From: Acidobacteriota bacterium
GTDB taxonomy: Bacteria; Acidobacteriota; UBA890; WLXD01
Assembly: GCA_963666055.2 (NCBI GenBank)
Contig: CAXWPH010000006.1
Coordinates: forward strand, 256,001-320,000
DNA: 64,000 nt
Reading direction: 5' to 3'
Shown in pieces: positions 9,958-19,423 of this stretch. Both the position numbers and the translations under genes were made by a program. Under the pieces are notes generated by a model. It worked only from the letters and a program-made list of their open reading frames with translations, searched no databases and had not been told where the DNA came from. Position 1 is the first letter of the stretch; every line of letters starts with the position of its first letter.

Positions 9958-10348
9958 CGGCTCGTGCAGACGGACCCGTAGCGCGCTAGCCGCGTCCCGC
10001 GACCCACCTAGCGACCTTCGATTCTGCTCGTCCGCAATGCCATAGCAGACACCAGTCATATGTCTTCTTAGGAGCCGCGAGAAGCCTCCCTATGGGCCTC
10101 CGGCAACCTCACTGGTACTCGGGGGGCCAGCGGTGCGCCCGTGGACGTTAGGGGACCACTGAGAGGCGGCATTCCGGCACCTCCCGTGGACCCCTGCGAC
10201 CCTCAGCGATAGGCTTCAGGCGCTCACCCACCCCTCTGGTAGCGCCATGGAACCCGGCACTCGACTAGGTCACTACGAGATCCTGTCCCCGCTCGGTGCG
10301 GGCGGGATGGGCTAAGTGTATCGGGCACGCGATACCACGCTGGATCGA
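9958..10348 (+). repeat. Orphan inter-kinase spacer with a kinase 3' stub (RLVQTDP*), promoter copy 3 and a kinase 5' stub
   Basis: Colinear with the reverse complement of ~35520-35897 and with 15554-15702; TGGACC(10187)-17 bp-TAGGCT(10210). Confidence 0.85.
10247..10348 (+). pseudogene. 5' stub of a Ser/Thr kinase (34 codons, internal TAA)
   Basis: MEPGTRLGHYEILSPLGAGGMG*VYRARDTTLDR followed by unrelated sequence. Confidence 0.85.
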
Positions 10349-10493
10349 GTGCGTTGCAACGAATCCCGTACCTGGCCGTGTTTCACATCGGCCTCGTTAG
10401 CAGGCCCGACCGCCGCTCGGTTGGATCCCGCAGAGTGACAGACTCAACGTGGCCCCACGCGGAAGCGAGCGTGGGTGCTTGGAGGCGACGCCC

Positions 10494-11852
10494 ATGAAGA
10501 AAGCCAAATTCGACCGGCGAGCTTTTCTCGGTGCATCAACGGCTGGGTGGATGCTTGGCTCCAATGAGGTGGCACTTGCAGACGGCCCGCCCAATCGTGA
10601 AGGGAATCAAGCATCCGAAGCGGTGGGAGTCGACGAGAGGCGCCCGGCTTTCTCGGCGGCGGAGTACGAGGATCGCCTTCGGCGTGTTCGAGAGAGGATG
10701 GCGCGGCAGAACATCGACTTGTTGTGGGTGATGATGCCGGAGGGCATCTGCTATCTGCACGGCATGGCCTCAAGTTGGTACCAGGCGAACTCACCCAAGG
10801 CTTGGCCTGCCATGTCTGGAACCGCGGTGCATGTCGATCACGACAAGGTCATCCACTTTGACGACCGGTATCACAGCCACCTTCTGGAAGGGAGTCCGGC
10901 CCCGGTGGAGATCCGCTACTTCCGAGGCCAAGATCAGGTGGACTTCATGCTCAAGGAGCTCGAGTCGAGCGGCTGGCTGGGTGGCAACGTCGGTGTCGAA
11001 CTCTGGAGCTATCGACCGAACCCCGCGATCAGCGCGCGTTTCCAAGAGGGGTTCCGAGGGCGGGGCTGTACGGTCGTGGACGGTAGCGATGTGCTGCGAG
11101 AGGTCAGGCTGGTTAAATCTCCGCAGGAGATCGCCTATATCGAAGAGGCTGCCCGTATCTGCGACATCGGCCTGGAGGCGATCAGAGCGACGCTTCGACC
11201 GGGAGTCACGGAACTGGAAGTCTACGGCGAGGCAATGCGGGCGATGTACGCTGCGGGCGGCGAGACGCCGGCTCTCATCCAAGGAGTAGGTGTTTGGCGT
11301 GGAGGCTCAGGGGAGTGGGGCAACGGTCGGCGGTCGCACATCTTGCCATCGCGTCGTCGCATCAAAGCCGGTGACAACTTCGGTGCCGACCTCTGTGGCG
11401 TCGTCCATCGTTATCACGCCAATGCGTACCGCAGCTATGTCGTGGGCGAGCCGTCGGCCGAGACAATAAGAGACCACGACAAGTCGGCAGGATCATTTGA
11501 CATCCTTTGCGAGACAGCCAAGCCTGAGGTGCCGCTCAAGGAGGTCAATGACGCCCTCTTGGACTACTACAGGGCCACCGGTCTCTGGGGCAGCACAGGT
11601 TGGGCGTTGGGCTACGAGCTCGGCATCAGTTTCCCGCCGGATTGGGTAGGGAGCTTTGTTTTCACTGTCGCGGAAGAAGGCCCATCGGTCAGTGGAGTCA
11701 ACGCTGATCCGTCTGAATGGGCGATTCCAATTGGTACGGTCACGAACTGGGAGAGCTTGTGGATGAGAGGCCCGCTCATCGACACGATCGTCTACGAGGC
11801 TAATGGCCCACGACGCCTGTCGACGGTGCCGCTTCAGATGATTGCCGTGTGA
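10494..11852 (+). CDS. M24-fold hydrolase (creatinase/ectoine hydrolase DoeA-like) with Tat-like signal
   Basis: FDRRAFLG twin-Arg; EYEDRLRRVR, VKSPQEI, RPGVTE; GYELGISFPPDW replaces the prolidase HGxGH motif. Confidence 0.75.
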   Translation: MKKAKFDRRAFLGASTAGWMLGSNEVALADGPPNREGNQASEAVGVDERRPAFSAAEYEDRLRRVRERMARQNIDLLWVMMPEGICYLHGMASSWYQANSPKAWPAMSGTAVHVDHDKVIHFDDRYHSHLLEGSPAPVEIRYFRGQDQVDFMLKELESSGWLGGNVGVELWSYRPNPAISARFQEGFRGRGCTVVDGSDVLREVRLVKSPQEIAYIEEAARICDIGLEAIRATLRPGVTELEVYGEAMRAMYAAGGETPALIQGVGVWRGGSGEWGNGRRSHILPSRRRIKAGDNFGADLCGVVHRYHANAYRSYVVGEPSAETIRDHDKSAGSFDILCETAKPEVPLKEVNDALLDYYRATGLWGSTGWALGYELGISFPPDWVGSFVFTVAEEGPSVSGVNADPSEWAIPIGTVTNWESLWMRGPLIDTIVYEANGPRRLSTVPLQMIAV

Positions 11853-11917
11853 GACTCCCCTACACTGCAAACCCTGAACAAAAAACCGGGGAACGAGCCG
11901 ACTGAAGGGCGACGACC

Positions 11918-14626
11918 ATGGACCCCGGCACCAAACTAGGCCCCTACGAGATCACCGAGCAGCTCGGCGCTGGCGGCATGGGCGAGGTGTACCTGGCGCA
12001 GGACTCACGCCTGGGCCGCAAGGTGGCCATCAAGGTGCTGCCCGCCGAGTTCGCCTCTGATCCCGAGCGCCTGGCCCGCTTCGAGCAGGAGGCCCGCGCT
12101 GCCGCCGCCCTGAACCATCCTCATATCGCGGTCGTTCACGATATCGGCACCGAGAACGGCACCCACTTCATGGTGCAGGAGTACCTGGAGGGAGACACGC
12201 TGCGGGAGCCGCTACAGAGAGGTGCGCTGCCGCTCAAGAAGGCGCTCGGCCTAGCCACCGAGATCGCCGAGGCGCTGGCTGCGGCCCACGCCGCCGGGAT
12301 CATCCACCGGGATTTGAAGCCGGAGAACATCTTCGTCACCAAGGAGGGCCACGCCAAGGTGCTGGACTTCGGCCTGGCGAAGCTGACCGAGGTGGCGGGG
12401 GCAGGCTCACCGGGCGGTGCAACGCAGTCACCCACGATGATGGGGACGGTGGCCGGTCAGGTGATGGGTACTGCCGGGTACATGGCCCCGGAGCAGGTTG
12501 AGGGCTCCGACAAGATCGATCATCGGGCCGACCTGTTCGCCTTCGGCTGTGTGCTGTACGAGATGGTCAGCGGTGTTCGGGCGTTCAGCGGTCGCAGCAT
12601 CGCCGAGACGCTGGCACACATCCAGCACGATGACTCGCAGCCGATTCAGGAGTCCGACCCGTCGCTGCCAGACGAGCTGCAACGCATCGTACGCAAGTCG
12701 CTCGCCAAGGAGCCCGCCAAGCGTTACCAGACAGCCGGCGACCTGGTTGTCGACATACAGGCGCTTGGTACAGACGTGGAGTCGGGCGTCGCGGCACTGC
12801 CGGCAACCCCTGTCGCCGTGGAAACGTCTCGCGGCATCCCCTGGAAGCTGGCGGCTCCGATCGCGATTCTACTCGTGGTCGTTGCTGCACTGCTCGGCTG
12901 GTGGGCAAGGGAACCGGAGCCCGGAAGCACCATCCGCCTGCAGCTCGACCCCCTCGTCGACACGATCATGAGTGGGCTCGGCTCCGCAGTCGTGCTATCG
13001 CCCGATGGACGGCACGTTGCCTACGTCGATGGTGCTCCGAATACGGGTGGAAGGGCGCTGTACCTTCGCGCTCTCGACCAGCAGGACTCGACGACACTCG
13101 CGTCGTCGGCGACCACCGCAGGTTCGCCGTACCATCCCTTCTTCTCGCCCGACGGGCAGTGGGTAGGGTTCGTCACCCCGGCGGAGCTGAAGAAAGCGCC
13201 CATAACCGGAGGCACCCCGCAGTCGATCGCGCCGGTGGAACGTAGTCGAGGTGCGGATTGGGGGCCCGACGATACGATCGTCTTCGCACCAAACCCCGCC
13301 AGCGGCCTGTTTGTCGTGTCGGCTGTCGAGGGTGAGCCGGGACCGCTCACCGAGCTTTCCGAAGGCGAGCGCAGCCACCGCTGGCCCCAGTTCTTACCCG
13401 GCGGAAAGGCAGTGCTATTCACTTCGGCCGGGACCGGAGGCTTCGACAGGGCTAACCTCGAAGTCGTGGATCTCGCGACCGGCGATCGCCAGGTCGTGCA
13501 CCGGGGCGGCACCTACGGCCGATACGTGCCGACCGGCCATCTGGTGTATTCAAACGCCGGAGCGTTGTTCGTGGTGCCTTTCGACCTCGATACCCTGGAG
13601 ACGACCGGCTCGCCCATACCCGTCGTCGAGAACCTCCCCGCCGACGATCAAGGCGGGGTCTCGTTCGACTTCTCCGAGACCGGGATGCTCATCTATCACA
13701 TGAGGAATGGCGGCGCTTCGAGCGGTTTCCAACTCGCCTGGGTGGATCGTGACGGCCAAGTCGAGCCGCTGCCCTTCGAGCCGCGTGAGTCTCAGTACTT
13801 GGACCTCTCGCCGGATGACCAGCGCATCGCGCTCACAATCCGGGGAGATGATGGGGAGTGGGACATCTGGATCTACGAGATCGAACGAGGAGGTAGCCAG
13901 GTGCTGCTGACCACGGAGGGCAACAACAGAAATCCCGTTTGGTCGCCCGATGGAGAGTGGCTTTTCTTCAGATCGAATCGGGGTGGCAACTTCGACATCT
14001 TCAAGCGCCGGGCTGACCGGAGTCTCGAAGCCGAGCTGGTGTTGGATACAGAGGCTAACGTGTACCCGATGTCGATCTCGGACGACGGTGAGATGCTGCT
14101 TTTCGCAAGCGGGCTCTTCGGGAACCAGGATGTAGGGATACTGGCTCTCGATACAGGTGATACGGAAATCCTCGTCGATACCCCCGACGATGAGTTTTGG
14201 GCCAGTTTCTCGCCGGACGGTCGCTTCTTCGCCTTCCACTCGAACGAGACCGGGCAATACGAGGTGTATGTGCGGGAGGTATCGAGCGGTCGGACATTTC
14301 CGGTCTCTACGAGTACCCGTGGTGGTTGGTGGCCTCTCTGGTCGCGGGATGGAAGGGAGATTTACTACCGCTCCTTTAACAGCCCCGGCATCCTCGTTGC
14401 GGAAGTGGATTTGGAGTCGTTTTCCGCATCGGACCCTGTCGAACTCTCGGACATCGAAATGCGTGCCATTGGCAACTTCGATGTCACCGCCGATGGACAG
14501 AAGTTCCTTGTGACGGTGCCCGTTGGAACTGATGAGACTGGGGGCACGGCACCGGGCACACGACTCAACGTCGTCCTCAACTGGTTCGAGGAATTGAACC
14601 GGCTAGTGCCGACGGGCGGCTCCTGA
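11918..14626 (+). CDS. Hanks-type Ser/Thr receptor kinase with TM helix and TolB/PD40 beta-propeller (type A head, intact)
   Basis: [26 protein letters not shown]; TM helix; repeated FSPDG; terminal LNWFEELNRLVP. Confidence 0.95.
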   Translation: MDPGTKLGPYEITEQLGAGGMGEVYLAQDSRLGRKVAIKVLPAEFASDPERLARFEQEARAAAALNHPHIAVVHDIGTENGTHFMVQEYLEGDTLREPLQRGALPLKKALGLATEIAEALAAAHAAGIIHRDLKPENIFVTKEGHAKVLDFGLAKLTEVAGAGSPGGATQSPTMMGTVAGQVMGTAGYMAPEQVEGSDKIDHRADLFAFGCVLYEMVSGVRAFSGRSIAETLAHIQHDDSQPIQESDPSLPDELQRIVRKSLAKEPAKRYQTAGDLVVDIQALGTDVESGVAALPATPVAVETSRGIPWKLAAPIAILLVVVAALLGWWAREPEPGSTIRLQLDPLVDTIMSGLGSAVVLSPDGRHVAYVDGAPNTGGRALYLRALDQQDSTTLASSATTAGSPYHPFFSPDGQWVGFVTPAELKKAPITGGTPQSIAPVERSRGADWGPDDTIVFAPNPASGLFVVSAVEGEPGPLTELSEGERSHRWPQFLPGGKAVLFTSAGTGGFDRANLEVVDLATGDRQVVHRGGTYGRYVPTGHLVYSNAGALFVVPFDLDTLETTGSPIPVVENLPADDQGGVSFDFSETGMLIYHMRNGGASSGFQLAWVDRDGQVEPLPFEPRESQYLDLSPDDQRIALTIRGDDGEWDIWIYEIERGGSQVLLTTEGNNRNPVWSPDGEWLFFRSNRGGNFDIFKRRADRSLEAELVLDTEANVYPMSISDDGEMLLFASGLFGNQDVGILALDTGDTEILVDTPDDEFWASFSPDGRFFAFHSNETGQYEVYVREVSSGRTFPVSTSTRGGWWPLWSRDGREIYYRSFNSPGILVAEVDLESFSASDPVELSDIEMRAIGNFDVTADGQKFLVTVPVGTDETGGTAPGTRLNVVLNWFEELNRLVPTGGS

Positions 14627-14745
14627 TGGTCGGCAAGACGCTCGGCCACTACGAGATCCTCGCCCCGCTCGGTGAAGGCGGGATGGGACAGGTGTATCGA
14701 GCCCGCGACACGACGCTGGACGCCCTTGCGGCGGCGGGAGTGTAA
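14626..14745 (+). pseudogene. 5' stub of a type B kinase overlapping the upstream stop (TGATG)
   Basis: MVGKTLGHYEILAPLGEGGMGQVYRARDTTLD, then ALAAAGV*; similarity ends at 14721. Confidence 0.85.
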
Positions 14746-14800
14746 CCGATTGAATCGGAGGTGGGGTGGCCGAACCGCCGCGTCACCGCGGGAGGCCCTG

Positions 14801-15382
14801 ATGTTGAATGGTAAGCATTGTCGATTGGCATCGACCATGGCCGCGCTGGCGTTGTTGTTCGCCGCACCGGCCACGGCCGACACGATCTACCTGAAGTCCG
14901 GCCGCATGCTTCATACGGACGAGGCCCGCGTCGAGGGCGATCGCGTGATCTTCACCCAGTTCGGCGCCACCGCTGCGCTGTCCATGGAGCTGGTTGACCG
15001 CGTCGAGGACAACGACGAGATCGGCCCAGTGCCGTCGCCGCCGATGCCCGTTCGTCCGGTGGCTTCTGCCGGCGAGGACGTGGCCGCGGATACGGAAACG
15101 GTGACCGAAACGCGGTTGGCCGAGAACACTCGCGAGTACTGGTTCGGGAAGCGGATGGCGATCCGCGACGAACGCGCCGAGCTGCGCGATCTACTGGCCG
15201 GACCACTGGACGGAGGGCTGCGGCGCATGCGCCGCGCGATGACGTTCGGGCACTACAACCTCACCGGCATCAACGAGCGCATCCAGCGCGTCGAGGACCG
15301 GCTCGAGGAGCTCGACGAGGAGGAGCGGCGATTGCGTCGTGAGGCTCGCCGCCGCGGCATCCCGCCAGGCTGGCTGCGCTAG
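14801..15382 (+). CDS. Exported hypothetical protein with C-terminal coiled coil
   Basis: GGAGG RBS; signal peptide ending APATA-DTIYLKSG; C-terminal ARRRGIPPGWLR. Confidence 0.7.
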   Translation: MLNGKHCRLASTMAALALLFAAPATADTIYLKSGRMLHTDEARVEGDRVIFTQFGATAALSMELVDRVEDNDEIGPVPSPPMPVRPVASAGEDVAADTETVTETRLAENTREYWFGKRMAIRDERAELRDLLAGPLDGGLRRMRRAMTFGHYNLTGINERIQRVEDRLEELDEEERRLRREARRRGIPPGWLR

Positions 15383-15523
15383 ATCACCCGCCGCACCGAC
15401 GGCGTGAGGACGCGGCTGCACGTCGAGCGGGGTTCGTCTACCAGCTGCATCGGCGGCCGGCATTCTGCTCGTGGAAGCACTCCTGCATGGCAATCGTGCG
15501 GCACAGGAAGGAACCGGGTAGAC

Positions 15524-15702
15524 GTCGTCACCAACTGGTTCGAGGAGCTGAAGCGGCTCGTGCCGACGGACCCGTAGCGCGCTCAGTCGCGCCTCGCGAG
15601 CCACCCAGCGACCTTCGATTCCGCTCGTCCGCGATGCCAAGCAGACACCAGTCATATGTCTGCTTAGGAGCCCCTAGAAGCCCCTGCTACGGGCCGCCGG
15701 CA
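15524..15702 (+). repeat. Orphan kinase 3' stub plus the first half of the inter-kinase spacer
   Basis: VVTNWFEELKRLVPTDP* (15524-15577), then spacer with hairpin AAGCAGACA-N9-TGTCTGCTT. Confidence 0.85.
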
Positions 15703-16123
15703 TACCCTGTCCTGTGCCCATCCAGGCGTAGACAGCGCCCAGGATTGCGCCGTAGACCAGATGACCCATGAGGCTGGGCATCATGCTGCTAGCGGCCTCT
15801 AGGTTCCAGTTGACACCAATGCCCATCCCCATGAACAAGGGCATGAGCGTGAGCGGACCCAACAACCACCAGATCACGCCGTAGCCGAGTCCATACCCCA
15901 AGCCGCTTTCCATCCCGCTCACCATCGAGCCCAAGACGATGCCAAACGCGGCTCCGATGATGGCGCTGTTGAGCATGTGGACGAGAAAGCCTGCGAAAGC
16001 CGATGGAGACCCCACCATGCTGCCGATCATTGGCAGCATCCCCATCATTCCCATCATGGCTCCGAACACCACACCTCCGGCCAGGCCACCGTAGATGCCC
16101 TGCTTGATGTTGTCCGCGTTCAT
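15674..16123 (-). CDS. Met/Gly-rich multi-pass membrane protein
   Basis: GGGAGG RBS; about four hydrophobic helices; conserved-looking HMLNS and GHLVYG. Confidence 0.75.
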   Translation of the reverse strand: MNADNIKQGIYGGLAGGVVFGAMMGMMGMLPMIGSMVGSPSAFAGFLVHMLNSAIIGAAFGIVLGSMVSGMESGLGYGLGYGVIWWLLGPLTLMPLFMGMGIGVNWNLEAASSMMPSLMGHLVYGAILGAVYAWMGTGQGMPAARSRGF

Positions 16124-16292
16124 CCGAAGCACCTCCCTTGGATGGTTGAACTAACAGAGAGGGGGGATTACGTCGCCCGTGAGAGTCGTCTAAGAACCCC
16201 AAGCGAACTTATGAAGTGGGCCTGTGTCTGTCAACGGAACGGCCATCGCCAGCGTATGCGGCGACGATCAGAGTAGACGCGGAAGGCGGGCG

Positions 16293-16622
16293 ATGAGCCG
16301 CTCGCGGCTCTCGCGTGTCGGGTGTGCGACGATAGGGGTTGTGGGCAAGTGGGAGCTCGTGCCGGATCCGCAGGCGACGCCGATAATGCGCCTGGCTCCC
16401 GACCGGATCCTCTACAAGCAGAAGCAGCACCCCGGCCGCCGCGTCTACCGCTGGTCCATCTGCGACGCATGTGGTCGGCTCTGGTACACGCTCGACACCG
16501 TCCGCAACGTCATCAAGCGCGATGGGTGCTCGCACTGCCAGTACCCCGGCGAGACCAGGCTGCCGCCTAAGAAGATTCGCCCACGACCACGACTAAGAAG
16601 TCGATCGGCGAGACCATCCTGA
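16293..16622 (+). CDS. Hypothetical protein with possible Zn ribbon
   Basis: CDAC...CSHC pairs; start uncertain. Confidence 0.45.
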   Translation: MSRSRLSRVGCATIGVVGKWELVPDPQATPIMRLAPDRILYKQKQHPGRRVYRWSICDACGRLWYTLDTVRNVIKRDGCSHCQYPGETRLPPKKIRPRPRLRSRSARPS

Positions 16623-16656
16623 TCGACATGATGTTGTTCGCCAGGCCGAAGTCCGA

Positions 16657-17121
16657 TCAGCGAGACACGCCCACGAAGGGACTAGGCCGGCGACCAGCGC
16701 GGGTCTGTCGCAATGCAGGGCCTCGCTCCTCAGCCCACCCCAGGAAGTCCGAGTTGTACATCCAGCGCACTACCTGCCAGCTTCCATCGGTGTGCCCCAC
16801 GCAGTAGAACAGCTGCGATCCCACGTCCTTGACCTCCTGTCCGTCGATCAGCAGCGTCATCTCATAGGCCGACCACCCGACGGCTACGTCGCCGCTGCCC
16901 TCAAAGTGCACATCGGAGAACGCGAAGGCGGATATCGCGGGTAAACCGTTCCCGTATTCAATAAGCGCCGAGCGACCGTGGACACTGGGTTGGTTGGGCG
17001 GTACGAAAACACCTTCCTCGATGAAGCATGCGGCCCAGGCTTCCCCGTCTCGCGTGCGAACGGCCTCTTCTACCGCCCGAACGTGGTCCCGGAGTGCTGC
17101 AAGGTCTTCTAAAGACAGCAT
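16657..17121 (-). CDS. NTF2-like/DUF4440 (SnoaL-like) protein
   Basis: RDGEAWAACFIEEGVFVPPNQPSVHGR...DGSWQV; GGGAGGG RBS. Confidence 0.75.
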   Translation of the reverse strand: MLSLEDLAALRDHVRAVEEAVRTRDGEAWAACFIEEGVFVPPNQPSVHGRSALIEYGNGLPAISAFAFSDVHFEGSGDVAVGWSAYEMTLLIDGQEVKDVGSQLFYCVGHTDGSWQVVRWMYNSDFLGWAEERGPALRQTRAGRRPSPFVGVSR

Positions 17122-17216
17122 GGTTTCCCTCCCGGTCGGATTCAGCGGTGGTTGGCACTCCAGCTATTGGCAGCCGTTGTTGAACCCGGCCCGTGTTCGG
17201 CCCCGTCCCTCGTTCT

Positions 17217-17429
17217 CTACTCCTCGAGGTCGGGGAGACCGGCCATCTGTCGGTGTCCGTTGACCTGAGCCTGACTGAGGTCGATCCGCAAATGACCGCA
17301 GCCGCAGTAGTCGACCGCTCCGGTAGATAGGTTCGAGGCGTGAACCCAGACGATATGCCTGCACTTGCATCGATAGCTGACCCGTCCTGACACAAGGTCC
17401 ATCTTTAGGGTGCTGCTGCGGCCTCTCAT
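17217..17429 (-). CDS. Small Cys-rich protein (CxC...CGCG), copy 1
   Basis: Close paralog at 55189-55401; ATGA overlap with the upstream gene. Confidence 0.7.
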   Translation of the reverse strand: MRGRSSTLKMDLVSGRVSYRCKCRHIVWVHASNLSTGAVDYCGCGHLRIDLSQAQVNGHRQMAGLPDLEE

Positions 17430-17758
17430 TGGGCCGCCTTGGCCCGCAGGCCGGCCAGGCGCTTAGCCAGCCTCAATGGAACTGAAACGGCCCCAGGGGC
17501 CTTCGCTTGTCGTTCGTACCGCTCGAGGACCGCGAGCTCGTCAGCCGGCTGCTCCTTCTGCCGGTAGATAATCGCTAGCTGCTCGTAGTACCACGGATCA
17601 ACCCCCCAGCCTCCGCCCTCGGCCTCGGCCTCTGAGGCGTCCACCAGGCGCAGGAGAAACTCCTTTGCACTATCGAGGTCGCCCACCCGCTTGAGGCGAC
17701 GAACCTCCACCACGTAGGCCGAGTAGTGCCGTCCGTCGACGAAGCCCAGCTTGCTCAT
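17426..17758 (-). CDS. Small TPR-like helical protein, copy 1
   Basis: VDGRHY...PWYYEQLAIIYR; close paralog at 54863-55192. Confidence 0.75.
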   Translation of the reverse strand: MSKLGFVDGRHYSAYVVEVRRLKRVGDLDSAKEFLLRLVDASEAEAEGGGWGVDPWYYEQLAIIYRQKEQPADELAVLERYERQAKAPGAVSVPLRLAKRLAGLRAKAAQ

Positions 17759-18946
17759 GCTCGGCGGCCTCTCACTGGAGGGCTCTGGTAGGTGGTCGGG
17801 GTCATGGGACGCGCCGCAGCCGTGAAAGGGCACCGGATCAAGCGCGGCTAAAAGCGAGGCCCCCCTGCACGGGACCATCGCCGCTAGGGGCGTCGCCCTG
17901 CAGTCTCAGTGCTGCCCCCGCTAGCGGCGGCTGGTAGCGCCAGGCGCGTCCCGCGCCGAGAGGTAACACCATCCTAGGCCCCCAGCACCCCGATCGGGTA
18001 GTGCCGCGTTCGTGGGCCACCATCGCGCGATCGATCCGCCGATGGCCCGCCGACCCTGCTGCTGGTGTTTGACGATTGATCGCGGTAGCGATCACCGCTG
18101 CGTTGGGCTCCTTCCGGTTGACAGGGCACGCAGAGGCAGGGGCCAAGAGCACGGCTTCGTAGGCCCCCTTCGGACGGGCAAGCATTAAGCATCACCGTGT
18201 TCGAGCCCGTTAGGGATCCTCGCAGCGCGTCAGGCGATGGAGCGTCTTGAGCGCAACGCTCGCCGACAGCAGAGCAAAGGAGGTAGTTGAGCGACTGAGA
18301 TGTCCCCAACAAACAGACGAGCCCGCCGCGACTGACTCAGCCAGGAACCCTCGCGGCGAGCTCTAACCCCTACGAGGGCTCGAAAGATGGTAAACGAAAC
18401 TCTAGAACTGCGCGACAAGCAGGGCCGAGTGCGGATCCGGCTGGAGGCAACCCGATGGTATCGAAGACGACGGCTAGCAAGACCGGCGGCCTTGCCGGAC
18501 ACCCGAACGGCTTCCAACGCTTTCTGTTGAGAACCTTCGGCGGATACCTGTTGAGAAAGGTCGACGAAGTGGAAAAGCGACGCCGGCGCCATCCAAACCT
18601 GGTCGATATCGATCGCTGGCAGGCGGCATCATGAGCAACGGAGCCCGAGAACGCTGTGGGCTCACATCGGCATCTGCTCAGCGTGCCGACAAACGATCGG
18701 CCCCCTCTTTTTAGCGATCGCGAACAGCGGGGAGGTGAAGATTGAGAAGCTCCTGCCCGATGCCGCCACCGACTTCAGTAGCCTCGTGCTGCTGATCCTG
18801 GCCGACGTCTTGAACCCCGAGGACATAGCCCAACTCAAGGCAGCAGCCGCGAAGCTCGAGGTGGCCCACTAGTCAGGGCCTGGCCGCGGACAGAGAATCA
18901 GGGCAGCAGCGGGAAGAGAACACCAACCCTTAGGGGAGGTAGCAAC

Positions 18947-19138
18947 ATGATGATGGACATGACTGGGATGGGAGCGTTCTCTATGTTGTTCGGGGTGATT
19001 TGGCTCGGCCTATTGGTCGGCGTAATCGTCCTCGCCACGCGCCTCGTCAGGGCAGTCGAGCGGATTGCAGACAGCGTGGGCGGACAGCCGGGCGGGAAAG
19101 TGACCCCCCTGAGTCGTTCGCCGATTGGAGGTGTTTGA
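18947..19138 (+). CDS. Small Met-rich single-TM protein
   Basis: GGAGGT RBS; MMMDMTGMG followed by a hydrophobic helix. Confidence 0.6.
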   Translation: MMMDMTGMGAFSMLFGVIWLGLLVGVIVLATRLVRAVERIADSVGGQPGGKVTPLSRSPIGGV

Positions 19139-19354
19139 TGCGGCAAGAGAAAACCAGGCGCCTACCACCAAAGAAGCGGCCTCTGTAGACGGCTCAGGAA
19201 CGTCACCACGGCCATCTAGGCCGCCCGAGTTTAGGGTCGACTACGGGCGGCCTGGTACACGCGAGTGGCAGCGTCTCAGCGGGTGTCTCGGGGCCGTCCT
19301 GCGAGCCAGGAGCCACTAGTCGCAATGCTGCTTGCCGGCGGGCCCCAGCTCCCT

Positions 19355-19423
19355 CCCGTGGACCCTCGACCGCTCCAGCGATAGGCTTCCGGCGTTCCCC
19401 CACGTCCCTGTGGAAGCGCCATG
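19355..19423 (+). promoter_or_regulatory. Kinase-type promoter module, copy 4 (upstream of kinase)
   Basis: TGGACC(19359)-17 bp-TAGGCT(19382)...AGCGCCATG. Confidence 0.7.

Noticed and set aside
14365-15655. Recurrent peptides such as RVRRHEPLQLLEPV, PAIGFRRSP and DRLQALT in short ORFs
   Set aside because: They are translations of the repeated kinase tail and promoter DNA, not a protein family
17880-18900. Genes in this interval (e.g. LELRDKQGRVRIRL near 18390)
   Set aside because: Only short fragments without a coherent frame; too weak to annotate
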